Source: a virus
Reading direction: 5' to 3' (one strand)
Virus record (IMG/VR): IMGVR_UViG_3300044695_006747
Location: 122,824 to 186,823 of that record
Length of the DNA stretch: 64,000 nt
The notes beneath the pieces are model-generated. The model searched no databases. It was not told where the DNA came from and saw only the letters and a list, made by a program, of their open reading frames with translations. The position numbers and the translations under genes were made by a program. Positions 53,419-62,641 of the stretch are shown one piece after another; within the stretch, counting starts at the first letter, position 1; every line of letters starts with the position of its first letter.

Positions 53419-54408
53419 TTGTGTTGTGATGAATATTCTACTTTGACCGGACTTGGAACCAGACTATCCTTGTAGTATCTAATAACATAGTGACTAAAAA
53501 TCATGAAACCGATAGTTAAACATCCGGCAAAAATTAAACTCTTTAAGAAAGGTTTGTGATATTCCTCATTCATCGTTATCAATCTCCCCATATTCTTGTG
53601 CTAAAAAAACATATGTGCTCATATAAAATATGATACAGAAAAATATAATTAGAAATCCATAGTCCTTAAAATAACCCAGATCATTCATTGTTGTTAAAAT
53701 TTTTCCAAACGTATGCTGCTAGTTCCACTGTTCCTGTTACTACTGCTAATCCTAATACTATGAAAATTATTGTGTTCATAAAACTGACTGACTGTGGGCA
53801 TCATGGCGAACCGATAGGTTTAGCAAAAACAAAAGGGCTTCCACATATACTAGACTAATGAACATAGTGGTCAAGTTGGTTTGTGTTCTATCTTAAGAAT
53901 ATGAGATGTACTTTCAGAAGTTATTTCTTGAAGTTTAATAACTAGCATCAATGATACATTGGGCCTCGCTTCTTTCTGTATCATATTCTGAATGTCTTGT
54001 AATAACTTTTCTCCATTAATCTGTTGATGCAAAGAATATGCTAACATAGTAAAATCTCGCTGACTACATCCAAAAATCCGAATAGATTATATTAGGTAAA
54101 ACAAAAATAATCACACTTGTATCCAACACACTCCTCAAAACTCAGATATGATAAATCTGTACAAAGAGGCGGCAAGCAAAAGACAGCACAAACTCGCTGA
54201 CTACCACCAAAAAAACGATCCGATAGGATCGGCTGAGACTATTCTTCTTTCAGAATAGAATATAGCGTGGATATTAATCCCACAACAAACAAAATACCAA
54301 CTATAAAAATAAGAACAGATCCCGTGTTCACGCTCATAACTTGATCTGTTATAACCTTGTTGGTACAGTCTCAGAGATTTAAAAAATTGGCCCCATAAGT
54401 TGCCACGA

Positions 54409-54481
54409 AGCGTGAGAAGGGATTTGAACCCTCAACATTCAGGATGGAAACCTGACACTCTGCCAATTGAGTTACTCACGC
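54409..54481 (-). tRNA. tRNA-Gly(UCC)
   Basis: GCGTGAG/CTCACGC, U73, TCAGG-TT TCC AT-CCTGA. Confidence 0.92.
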
Positions 54482-56163
54482 GATGTTTTGTCTAAAATTA
54501 TTTCTAATTGAGAAGAAATATATTCTTCGGTTGTAATGTAATTATATTCAAGTGTGTTCTTGTTGTTTTGTGGTTGACAGTGCTTATAGTTTGTGGTATA
54601 GTCGAGTTTGTTAAAAGAATAGTCTTCAAGATTAACTGTGGGCAAACCTACTATAACCGCAACGCTAATAGCGCTTTCAATAAACATAACTCACTGAGTC
54701 AAGCCTGTGTAAAAGCCATAAGCAACACCAAAGCAAATACAAAAAGCAAAAATAAAACACCCCACTTTGGAAAGGTAAAATGCCGTCCTAACACTAACAC
54801 TATTGTAACACAAAGGCGAGCAAGACGCAAACCCTTGGTATCAAATAACTTACAAGCGAAACCTCGATTGTGTAAATTTTTATACCTTGACGACTATAGC
54901 AGGAGAACTTATATATTATTCAGCCGGGGCAGATATAATACTTATAAGCATCTATCTCTCTATGATTTCCTGATTGACAACTTTGTCCACCCTGCTACAA
55001 TACTATGAGTCTCTAGGACTTACTGATCCTTTGGTTTTTTATCCAAAAATTTTTTGAGTTTAGCAGCATATGTGTTCCAGAATTCACACTCCTCTTCTAG
55101 ATTCCATATTTCTGCTGTAACATCTGTCACATCATTTGGCAACCAATCAGAGTTATCATTAACCCATTGGTAAAATTTATCGAAAATTAACTTACGATGA
55201 TTGTTGATCACAGACACGAGAATGTTCCAGATCTTTAATTAGAATACTAATATAGGAACTACTAGCCTGTTCACTAGGATTATATTGCCGATAAAATTCC
55301 AGAGCATTTAGGATAATATCCATATCCACTCTAGGAAATCTGTAACTATCATATTCAGGATCATACTTCATAGTAGTCATTATTCCTTGATGCAAAGTAA
55401 CAAAAAGTAAAATAGGCTAACAGAATATATAAACTCATTCAAACTCCGATATGCTAGTAATATTCTCAGGACCAAAATCCCCAAAGAATTCAGGGTCTGT
55501 ATAGAGTTTACTATTCAAATAGTCAACAATACAATCCTTGTTATAAACACCCTCAATCATTTTGCAAGTATCATCATCAATAACAAGTTCAATTTGTACT
55601 TTCACAAGTTTCATGTTTCTGCTCCATGATAAGTTGGTTCATATAATAACCAGCAACAGATTGCCACTCTTTACACTGGTCCATATATCTTTTTTCACCA
55701 GTAATACCATACCAGTTAAGATTATGAGAACAGCAATCTAACGCATGATTAATAGCACTAATAATTTCATCCATTTTTAATCTCCTCTTCTGCATCATCA
55801 ATATACCACTCATATTCACCATCTCTAGCAAACCCGATCAAATCTTCACTGAGACTATCAATAGCAAAATCTGCTTCTGGACTATTAACGTCAGTAATCT
55901 CAGGAAAATCAAAAACAACATAAACTTTCATAGTGACCCTTTCTTTCGCTGACTATCGCCAAGACTGCAAATCCGTAGGATTAGGTAAGACGGGCTGAAT
56001 AGGTCGATCATTATCATCTGATTTTATAGAAGAGATTTCCATTAATCATCTCTACTAATATTAGTCGTAAACCCTTGACAGATAACGACTTACGCCTCCA
56101 TTGTATCGTCTAGCCTCTGGAGTAGCAAGCAACCTTTTTGAGATTCTTTGACAAAATCTCGAT

Positions 56164-56207
56164 CTGCCATCTTGACAGGTGCCGCGGGCGATCTGCCGTT
56201 TTGGCAG
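56164..56207. repeat. 44-bp double-palindrome element, copy 1 (inverted)
   Basis: CTGCCATCTTGACAG gtgccgcgggcgat CTGCCGTTTTGGCAG. Confidence 0.85.
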
Positions 56208-56264
56208 ACTCAATGTATGCTACGGCTTGCACTAAGTCAGTTAATGTATTATATAGTTTACATT

Positions 56265-56306
56265 AAATAAAAGAACCGCCGCAGGGCATTACCCCTACGG
56301 CGGCTC
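56265..56306 (-). terminator. Intrinsic terminator downstream of DUF932
   Basis: GAGCCGCCGTAGGG-GTAATG-CCCTGCGGCGGTTC followed by TTTTATTT. Confidence 0.88.
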
Positions 56307-56328
56307 TCACCACGCCACGAAAGGAAGA

Positions 56329-57279
56329 CTAGATCGCGTTGGCAAACTCTAGGGCAGATTCCAACGCCTTGTTGTTCTCATTAGCGTTCTGGCCGAACCA
56401 GAGGCTATCGAGTCGGTTGTCGGTCGTGCGACCCTTACCATAGTTCAGATATTCATTGAACCCGTTATAGGCAGCCCACCAAGTACCGCGAACATTAGCC
56501 GCAGTTTGCTTTGGGCCTTCGATACGAGCCAGAATATCGTCCATAATATTACGGGTACGAGTCTTGATATCCTCGTCAGCACCCTTAATATTCAGCACAA
56601 CCTTAACATACTTCTCAATATCCTTCTGGTTGAAACTCTTGCTAGCAAGGAACCGATACTGTTCCGCAGTAGCCTCAAAACCAGCGTTAATATTATCCAT
56701 AATATCGCGGACTTGTTCCAGATTTTTCTGGCTGGAGCGAGTGTGACGAATACGGATCAGTTTGCTATCATTATGCTTGTGAGCATACGACAGCGTGTTC
56801 ACGCAGACCACGCGAATCGGAGTGTATCCGACACGAATAGCCGTTGTACCGTCGTGACTATTACTCAGCAGGATAAACTTGCTAACCTCATCACCCGGAA
56901 CAATCTCACTATTGTCACGGTTGAGTTGAGCAAGCACCCAGACCTTTTGGCCGAGATGCAGCGATCCGGCAGTATGGATCGAACACTCGTTAGCATCAAG
57001 GAAAGGCTGGAACCAATCAAACGCATCCTTATTCTGGAGGGGAGTATAACGAGGGCCAACAACGCCAAGAATACTACCATCACTCTTGCGGTATGTCGCA
57101 CGATGATTCACGGGCGTACCGTCAACGGTCTGCAAATCCTTCAGACCAACTTCCCAATCCAGACCAGCAGCGACGATAGCATCATTCACATTGATACCCT
57201 CGTCAACGCTATTACCAAGGCCATGCCAAGGCGTCTCACCAACAAACATCATCTTTTCAACAGCAGCAGGCATAATCAA
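56329..57279 (-). CDS. DUF932-family phage/plasmid protein
   Basis: PWHGLG, AGLDWEV, YTPLQN.DAF, TAGSL..G.KVW, NSHDG, TPIRVVC.NTL, GTWWAAYN. Confidence 0.9.
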   Translation of the reverse strand: MIMPAAVEKMMFVGETPWHGLGNSVDEGINVNDAIVAAGLDWEVGLKDLQTVDGTPVNHRATYRKSDGSILGVVGPRYTPLQNKDAFDWFQPFLDANECSIHTAGSLHLGQKVWVLAQLNRDNSEIVPGDEVSKFILLSNSHDGTTAIRVGYTPIRVVCVNTLSYAHKHNDSKLIRIRHTRSSQKNLEQVRDIMDNINAGFEATAEQYRFLASKSFNQKDIEKYVKVVLNIKGADEDIKTRTRNIMDDILARIEGPKQTAANVRGTWWAAYNGFNEYLNYGKGRTTDNRLDSLWFGQNANENNKALESALEFANAI

Positions 57280-57373
57280 ACTCCTTCGTGGGTGTTAACT
57301 TCTTTCGTTCCGATACGCTGATTCTACAGTATGTATTCGGCTTGTCAAGCGTTAGAAATCCAGAAAATCTTTT

Positions 57374-57417
57374 CTGCCATTTTGGCAGGCGGGCCGCGGA
57401 TGCTGCCATTGTGGCAG
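57374..57417. repeat. 44-bp double-palindrome element, copy 2
   Basis: CTGCCATTTTGGCAG gcgggccgcggatg CTGCCATTGTGGCAG; abuts the PRTase stop codon. Confidence 0.92.
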
Positions 57418-57918
57418 TCACCCAATATTTAACAGCGAAACCCCAAGATCACGCTTGCACAGTTTAGAACCATCCTCGTCGTTACGATAAGCACATTCGT
57501 TAGGCAGATAGCAATAGACCCCAACACAATGAGAACGCGAATACTCATCCTTGATAACCTTTTTGATATGCCGAACGGTCGAACCAGAACAGATTAAATC
57601 GTCTAATATAATATATTGAAAAGGGGCCACTCCCTCGGTACGAAACTCTGAATAGCATCGTTCCCCCTTTCTTACCACAACAATATTCTTGTTGAGTATT
57701 TCTGCGATTTGTGGAACCACCATCAATCCACTTACACCGCAGCAGGCAATGCTATCAAAACTATCTGCTATTTTTCTCAAATCACAAACAGCCTTAATAA
57801 TAATCTTATTACGAGCCTTATGATTCAAAACGTGACAAGTGTGGCTAGCCCCTTGGATATATTTTCCATCAGCGGTCTTGCGAACATCTTCAACTTTTTG
57901 ATTTAAAATATTGCTCAT
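57418..57918 (-). CDS. Type I phosphoribosyltransferase
   Basis: PRPP-binding IILDDLICSGST; GVSGL, VVVRK. Confidence 0.85.
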   Translation of the reverse strand: MSNILNQKVEDVRKTADGKYIQGASHTCHVLNHKARNKIIIKAVCDLRKIADSFDSIACCGVSGLMVVPQIAEILNKNIVVVRKGERCYSEFRTEGVAPFQYIILDDLICSGSTVRHIKKVIKDEYSRSHCVGVYCYLPNECAYRNDEDGSKLCKRDLGVSLLNIG

Positions 57919-57923
57919 AAAAA

Positions 57924-58015
57924 CGATGGACGGTACGATTCGAACGTACTAAGAAAGGATAGATAAAGCGTTATGCTTAGGTATAGAATACTTGTCCCAC
58001 CAAGTTGCGTCCATC
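57924..58015 (-). ncRNA. 92-nt tRNA-like element with 8-bp acceptor and 5-bp T-stem, no clear anticodon arm
   Basis: GATGGACG/CGTCCATC then G; GTACG TTCGAAT CGTAC; ACTTG/CAAGT D-like stem. Confidence 0.5.
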
Positions 58016-58028
58016 AGACGAGAAAGGG

Positions 58029-58196
58029 CTATTCGTTGTCTAGTTCATCTACTACATTATGATAGTAGTGTTCATACTCTTTTTCATCCTCAAAATCATC
58101 ATAATCTGGTTCGTCAGAATAGTCAGCATATTCATAGAGTTCTTCTGCATCCTCTGCAACGCGATCATAGTCAAACTCATATTCATCTTCAAACAT
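58029..58196 (-). CDS. 55-aa extremely acidic protein (different frame from track ORF 58052..58282)
   Basis: MFEDEYEFDYDRVAEDAEELYEYADYSDEPDYDDFEDEKEYEHYYHNVVDELDNE. Confidence 0.65.
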   Translation of the reverse strand: MFEDEYEFDYDRVAEDAEELYEYADYSDEPDYDDFEDEKEYEHYYHNVVDELDNE

Positions 58197-58241
58197 AGCC
58201 ACTTTCTCCTTTTCTCTATCTTACACCAAACCAAACAACTG

Positions 58242-58655
58242 TCAAGACCCAAGAACTTTTTCAATCTCATAATCACAAGCAAGATTAATCTTATCTTTTT
58301 GATTATTTTTTGGAGACTCTTTTCTTAGATTAAATAAGGTATTATTTTCTGTCAGTATATCTGAGGATACTAGATATACTTTACCATCTTCTAGATCGTA
58401 TGCGGCAAAGTAGTCAAACATTGAAGCATCATAATAAAACTGATAGTTTGGGCCACTCTTTTTTAGAGGTATTTTAATACAACCATCTACAGGTGTTATT
58501 GCTTTAGATTGTATCTTTATTAGTTTACCATCTTTTTCAGCAATAATATCTATTTTAGAGATATCTCCTTCTTCTGTGAATACGGAGTATCCCAGTTTAG
58601 TCAATGCTAAACCAACACCAAACTGCCCTATATTACCTTTTCTTTTACTGTGCAT
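58242..58655 (-). CDS. PD-(D/E)XK endonuclease, I-Ssp6803I-like (free-standing)
   Basis: KGNIGQ...LGYSV...IDII...LIKIQSK...FDYFAAY; directly downstream of tRNA-Lys. Confidence 0.75.
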   Translation of the reverse strand: MHSKRKGNIGQFGVGLALTKLGYSVFTEEGDISKIDIIAEKDGKLIKIQSKAITPVDGCIKIPLKKSGPNYQFYYDASMFDYFAAYDLEDGKVYLVSSDILTENNTLFNLRKESPKNNQKDKINLACDYEIEKVLGS

Positions 58656-58713
58656 TATTATCTCCTAGAGTAGTTTACTAGTAATCTGCTACTCTAGTTA
58701 TACACCATATTAG

Positions 58714-58786
58714 TGGAGGCGGTGGGACTCGAACCCACGGTTTTCGGTTTAAAAGACCGCTACTTTAGCCACTAAGTTACGCCTCC
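58714..58786 (-). tRNA. tRNA-Lys(UUU)
   Basis: GGAGGCG/CGCCTCC, A73, loop CT-TTT-AA. Confidence 0.9.
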
Positions 58787-58838
58787 TTGTTCATCTACTA
58801 TACCATACGTTATCGGCTTGTCAACCCCAAAACTTTAG

Positions 58839-58919
58839 TGGTGGGTGAGGGACTCGAACCCCCGAAGTTAAAAACACCTGATCTACAGTCAGGCCCATTT
58901 GCCGCTTTGGTAACCCACC
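58839..58919 (-). tRNA. tRNA-Tyr(GUA)
   Basis: GGTGGGT/ACCCACC, CCTGA-CT GTA GA-TCAGG, long variable region. Confidence 0.92.
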
Positions 58920-58970
58920 ATTTTTCGCTGACTACAACCACCCTAACCGAATCCATAGGATTAGCTAAGA

Positions 58971-59057
58971 CGGAATCTGAGGGATTCGAACCCACGGAGG
59001 ATTTTAACCCTCGGCGGTTTAGTAAACCGCTGCCTTAAACCACTCGGCCAAGATTCC
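58971..59057 (-). tRNA. tRNA-Ser(ACU), A34 anticodon
   Basis: GGAATCT/AGATTCC, G73, GCGGT-TT ACT AA-ACCGC, long variable arm. Confidence 0.88.
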
Positions 59058-59060
59058 AAA

Positions 59061-59133
59061 CTGCCCAGGTAGGACTCGAACCTACAACCCAGCGGTTAAC
59101 AGCCGCTTGCATCTACCATTGTGCTACTGGGCA
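59061..59133 (-). tRNA. tRNA-Asn(GUU)
   Basis: TGCCCAG/CTGGGCA, G73, AGCGG-CT GTT AA-CCGCT. Confidence 0.92.
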
Positions 59134-59162
59134 ACTCTCGTAACTCTAACGTCAGCCTCCGA

Positions 59163-59233
59163 TTCCGAGACTACGATTCGAACGTAGAATAAAGGATCCA
59201 AAGTCCTCTGTGATACCGTTTCACCATCTCGGA
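59163..59233 (-). tRNA. tRNA-Gln(UUG)
   Basis: TCCGAGA/TCTCGGA, GAGGA-CT TTG GA-TCCTT. Confidence 0.9.
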
Positions 59234-59234
59234 G

Positions 59235-59307
59235 AGCCGATGGAGGGATTTGAACCCCCGACAAACGGTTTACAAAACCGCTACTCTACCAACTGAGTTA
59301 CATCGGC
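59235..59307 (-). tRNA. tRNA-Thr(UGU)
   Basis: GCCGATG/CATCGGC, GCGGT-TT TGT AA-ACCGT. Confidence 0.92.
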
Positions 59308-59773
59308 AAGACTACATATCATACTCTTGCTGCCACTCTTTGTCAATATCTCGTCGTGTACGTCGCCTTTTTGGACGACTATCCATAGCGGTATCACGAT
59401 ACTCTTTGTGACCCGTAGACACTTCCCAAGGCTTTTTAACCTTGAGTTTAATAGCGTTGCCGTACTTCCGCCGTGGTCGCGTATCGTCGTTGTTGGGGAG
59501 CGTAATCATGCCATTGTCCATTTTCGTGCAAGTAGAAAACCTTATCCAAGTTAGGGTCGTAAGCCATTAAACAATATTGTATCGGGTGTTTTACAACTGT
59601 CAAGGGCTTTTGTATTTGTGGGATTTTAATATCACCCTTTTGATAATCCTTAAATCCAGTATAGGCCAATCCCAAAACCGTTACCAGAACTCCTATCCAT
59701 TGTATCATATTCGATCCTCGTGTCAATACTCTTGCCATGATATGTTTATCGACCATCCCGGCCTAAAACTTTA

Positions 59774-59817
59774 ATGCCATTTTGGCAGTTGGGCCGCGGA
59801 GGCTGCCACTATGGCAG
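59774..59817. repeat. 44-bp double-palindrome element, copy 3
   Basis: ATGCCATTTTGGCAG ttgggccgcggagg CTGCCACTATGGCAG; contains the stop codon of ORF 59809..60051. Confidence 0.9.
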
Positions 59818-60303
59818 ATCTTCCTCCCTCTCTTTAGCACGAATCATAACCTTGGGCGTTTTAATAACCTGAGTTAAACTATCAGCATTTTTATAATCGC
59901 GGAATCCACGTTCGTCAACATAGAAATATTCGTCAAAAATATCAAACTCATTAGTATCATTAAATACCGCAATAGCAGCGTCCATAGGACTACTTTCAGG
60001 AATACTAATAACCTTTTCAACCGTATTACTTTTTACATACCATTTGCTCATGGCTCAACTCCCTAGACTAATACGAACGGACGTAACATCAAGGCTACCA
60101 TCATCAAGTTTTGTAACGTCAATATCATTATCTTCCAGAATCATCCACAAGTCTGGCAAAGCCACAAGAGTATCATAGTTATTACCGAAACTCAAATCGC
60201 TATCACAAACCATTTCCATAACATCGGTATAGTCTAGATTATTATGGTCGCAATAATCTTTGAGAGTAACGCAAGTGTGAGTAAAAGTCTGCATTATAGC
60301 CTT

Positions 60304-61008
60304 TCAATGGGCAGGGAATAGAACATTAGCCAAACCGCGAACACACAGGTCACATGATATACTATCTTTCGTGCCGGTGCAAGTGATTTCCGACCGACCA
60401 CGACGGATTTCCGGACACGTTACAAACTTGCTACCATTCAGCACAACAAGTTTAGGCAACGCTTTCCGCCATGCTTCCGCCTTGACTTTACTCTTTGGAC
60501 GCTTCGGGGCGATTTTCATATCACTATCACACCACGCAAACAACTTGAAACCTTGTGCCAGTGCTTCGCCCATGTCATTATCATCGTGGACACTAGCATA
60601 TACATTCATATACTTTTCCAGACTAACAAGCCGACTATCATAAATATGGGTATAAAACCACATATCGGGCAGACTATCACCATCGGCAAGAATACTCTCA
60701 CACGCCCACGTTACATTAGCAACATAGTCTAGGTCAAGTTCGCCATTGAGAAACCAGTCGCCACGTTCGTGCCAGCGAATAGACTTTTTACGCTTTTTAG
60801 CGTCAAGAATCATAGCACGGATTTTATGCTTTTCCGTGACTATGTTAGCAAACCCGGCAACGCGAGCGTTCTTATACTGATTTTCCGTAGCCTCAGCATA
60901 GCAACCGTTATTTAGATAATCGCAGTCGCTTGGGCAAGTATCGCCAACCGGACGCGAAACCACAATGCAACCCTTACCCAACTTATCGTTACCGTCTGCC
61001 GTTTTCAT
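60304..61008 (-). CDS. GP88-like Cys-rich phage protein
   Basis: TCPSDC...CYA, IRWHERGDW, WFYTH, CP...C...CDLC. Confidence 0.7.
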   Translation of the reverse strand: MKTADGNDKLGKGCIVVSRPVGDTCPSDCDYLNNGCYAEATENQYKNARVAGFANIVTEKHKIRAMILDAKKRKKSIRWHERGDWFLNGELDLDYVANVTWACESILADGDSLPDMWFYTHIYDSRLVSLEKYMNVYASVHDDNDMGEALAQGFKLFAWCDSDMKIAPKRPKSKVKAEAWRKALPKLVVLNGSKFVTCPEIRRGRSEITCTGTKDSISCDLCVRGLANVLFPAH

Positions 61009-61030
61009 GGTTATCTCCTCGTGTCTACCG

Positions 61031-61058
61031 ATTCTACACTATGGTATCGGGTTGTCAA
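61031..61058 (-). promoter_or_regulatory. Promoter TTGACA-N16-TAGAAT with CCGATA core
   Basis: TTGACA ACCCGATACCATAGTG TAGAAT; 24 bp from element copy 4. Confidence 0.78.
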
Positions 61059-61082
61059 CAGGAAAAACTTCAAGAAAAATAA

Positions 61083-61126
61083 CTGCCACTTTGGCAGATC
61101 GGCCGCGGAGCCTGCCGTTTTGGCAG
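61083..61126. repeat. 44-bp double-palindrome element, copy 4
   Basis: CTGCCACTTTGGCAG atcggccgcggagc CTGCCGTTTTGGCAG; 6 nt after the tRNA-Arg 3' end. Confidence 0.92.
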
Positions 61127-61132
61127 ACAGAA

Positions 61133-61204
61133 TAGCCCCAGGAGGAATCGAACCTCCAATAACCGCTTAGAAGGCGGTTGTTATATCCATTTAACTATGG
61201 GGCC
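61133..61204 (-). tRNA. tRNA-Arg(UCU)
   Basis: GGCCCCA/TGGGGCT, ACCGC-CT TCT AA-GCGGT. Confidence 0.92.
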
Positions 61205-61749
61205 ATAAAAACCGATAGCCGCCAGTTCGACACTAGCGGTCTATCGGATATTATAGCAGTTATGCTAGGCTCAGGCAACGGCCTCAACTTCCTTGGCAAC
61301 CTTGCCATTGTGGGCATCACCAGCAGCCTTGGCAGTCACGCCAGTGACCCTAGCACGCCAGACCTTATAACCCTGCTCGCTGAAAGCCTTGACCTCTCCA
61401 GCCTTGACATTCGCGTGAACGTCGGCAGGCAGAGCATCGGTCAGACAGGTGGAGATCGAATCCACCACAACCTCACGGTCAAGATCATCGGCAACAATAT
61501 CGACAACAAAAGAAAACTTCTTCATGGCAAACCCTTTCAAGTTAGTGTTATCAAACCTTACAAAACCAATCTTATCACGCAATCATCACTTGTCAAGAGC
61601 CAATCCGAACTTTTGTTTTATCGTGATCGGTTGGCGTCTTGTCGTGTGATGCTATCAGTATACCACTGTTATCGTCACTGTCAACCACGCTCCTGAATGT
61701 TTTTTTGGATTTTTCCTAAGTGTATGGTATCAAAGAAGTTACGTTCAGT

Positions 61750-61793
61750 CTGCCATTTTGGCAGTTGGGCCGCGGCGCCTGCCGCTTTGGCAG
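61750..61793. repeat. 44-bp double-palindrome element, copy 5
   Basis: CTGCCATTTTGGCAG ttgggccgcggcgc CTGCCGCTTTGGCAG; abuts the stop codon at 61794. Confidence 0.92.
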
Positions 61794-62162
61794 TTATGAG
61801 AGATAACCCTCACAACCCAAAGAGGTCAGGTCACGCAGCAACCCTTCGGCCGCATCGGGAGTCTTAGCGGTCATAGTGATGGGATTACCACCACCACGCC
61901 AATATCCGCTCTCGTCGTAGCGACCAACCATACCATCGGTCCAATCCTTCGCTTCCTTGAGTCCCCAGCCTGTGTGCTGTCGAACAGCCTTGATGCAAGA
62001 AATGCGGTTATTGGTATCCATACCCTTGGTGATCGTAACCCTACGCTTCTGGTTTACGCCCAATGCAACCTCAAAAGCGGTCACGATACGCTCGTAAACA
62101 TTCTGGTGGCAGTTAGCAGCCAGATCCATAGCCTCACGAACACTCAGTTCCAACTTGATCAT
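61794..62162 (-). CDS. Protein containing a ribosomal L7/L12 C-terminal-like domain
   Basis: RISCIKAVRQHTGWGLKEAKDWTD...A..L...L...G. Confidence 0.75.
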   Translation of the reverse strand: MIKLELSVREAMDLAANCHQNVYERIVTAFEVALGVNQKRRVTITKGMDTNNRISCIKAVRQHTGWGLKEAKDWTDGMVGRYDESGYWRGGGNPITMTAKTPDAAEGLLRDLTSLGCEGYLS

Positions 62163-62641
62163 ACGCCAAAACTTTCTGTATACTTAGGGGTGATTTCTTG
62201 AATACCGTCAAAACTACCGTTACGCTCTTCTAGAATATAAACTTGCTTACCATCAGTAATCAAGGTGTCATATTCTGTTCCATCCCAAACAAACTCGTTA
62301 TTGTCGCTTTCTCGTCGCCAGTGTGGATCACGAAGTGGATTATAAAACAACTTCTCAAGATTGTCAACAGGCAGAGCGGGATAAAAATCCTTCCTCAACA
62401 TAACTTCTTCACATCGCACCCACCCACTAACATCATGCACACCAGCCTCAAATACCTGTTTAGCCTTATTCGGCCGGTTCCACAACTTACAACCCCGCAT
62501 CTCTAACTGATATTTTTTGGGGTCAACGTAGTATACATCAACTGTTTCCCCACCCTGCTTAACCTTTATTTGCCAGTGCATATAATGCTGGCCATTACTC
62601 AGGTGAAATCGAACTTCGCCATGTAGTTTGTTCTGTTTCAT
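62159..62641 (-). CDS. Hypothetical protein
   Basis: VRFHL..G.HYMHWQIK; promoter at 62648-62676. Confidence 0.65.
   Translation of the reverse strand: MKQNKLHGEVRFHLSNGQHYMHWQIKVKQGGETVDVYYVDPKKYQLEMRGCKLWNRPNKAKQVFEAGVHDVSGWVRCEEVMLRKDFYPALPVDNLEKLFYNPLRDPHWRRESDNNEFVWDGTEYDTLITDGKQVYILEERNGSFDGIQEITPKYTESFGV

Noticed and set aside
54508-55008. 166-aa plus-strand ORF
   Set aside because: No RBS or family motif, atypical composition, and opposite to the local coding strand; left unannotated.
56506-57321. 271-aa plus-strand ORF
   Set aside because: Antisense shadow of the well-conserved DUF932 gene; no recognisable motifs.
57924-58015. Calling this a true tRNA-Sec
   Set aside because: No UCA anticodon or foldable anticodon arm, and no sel genes in the window.
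58052-58282. Track ORF MLVIMRLKK...
   Set aside because: An alternative frame gives a coherent acidic protein (58029..58196); the Met/Lys-rich track product is its frame shadow. The same applies to 13938..14186 inside rIIB.
58787-59038. ORFs on both strands across the tRNA cluster (also 63583..63831)
   Set aside because: They overlap clear tRNA structures.
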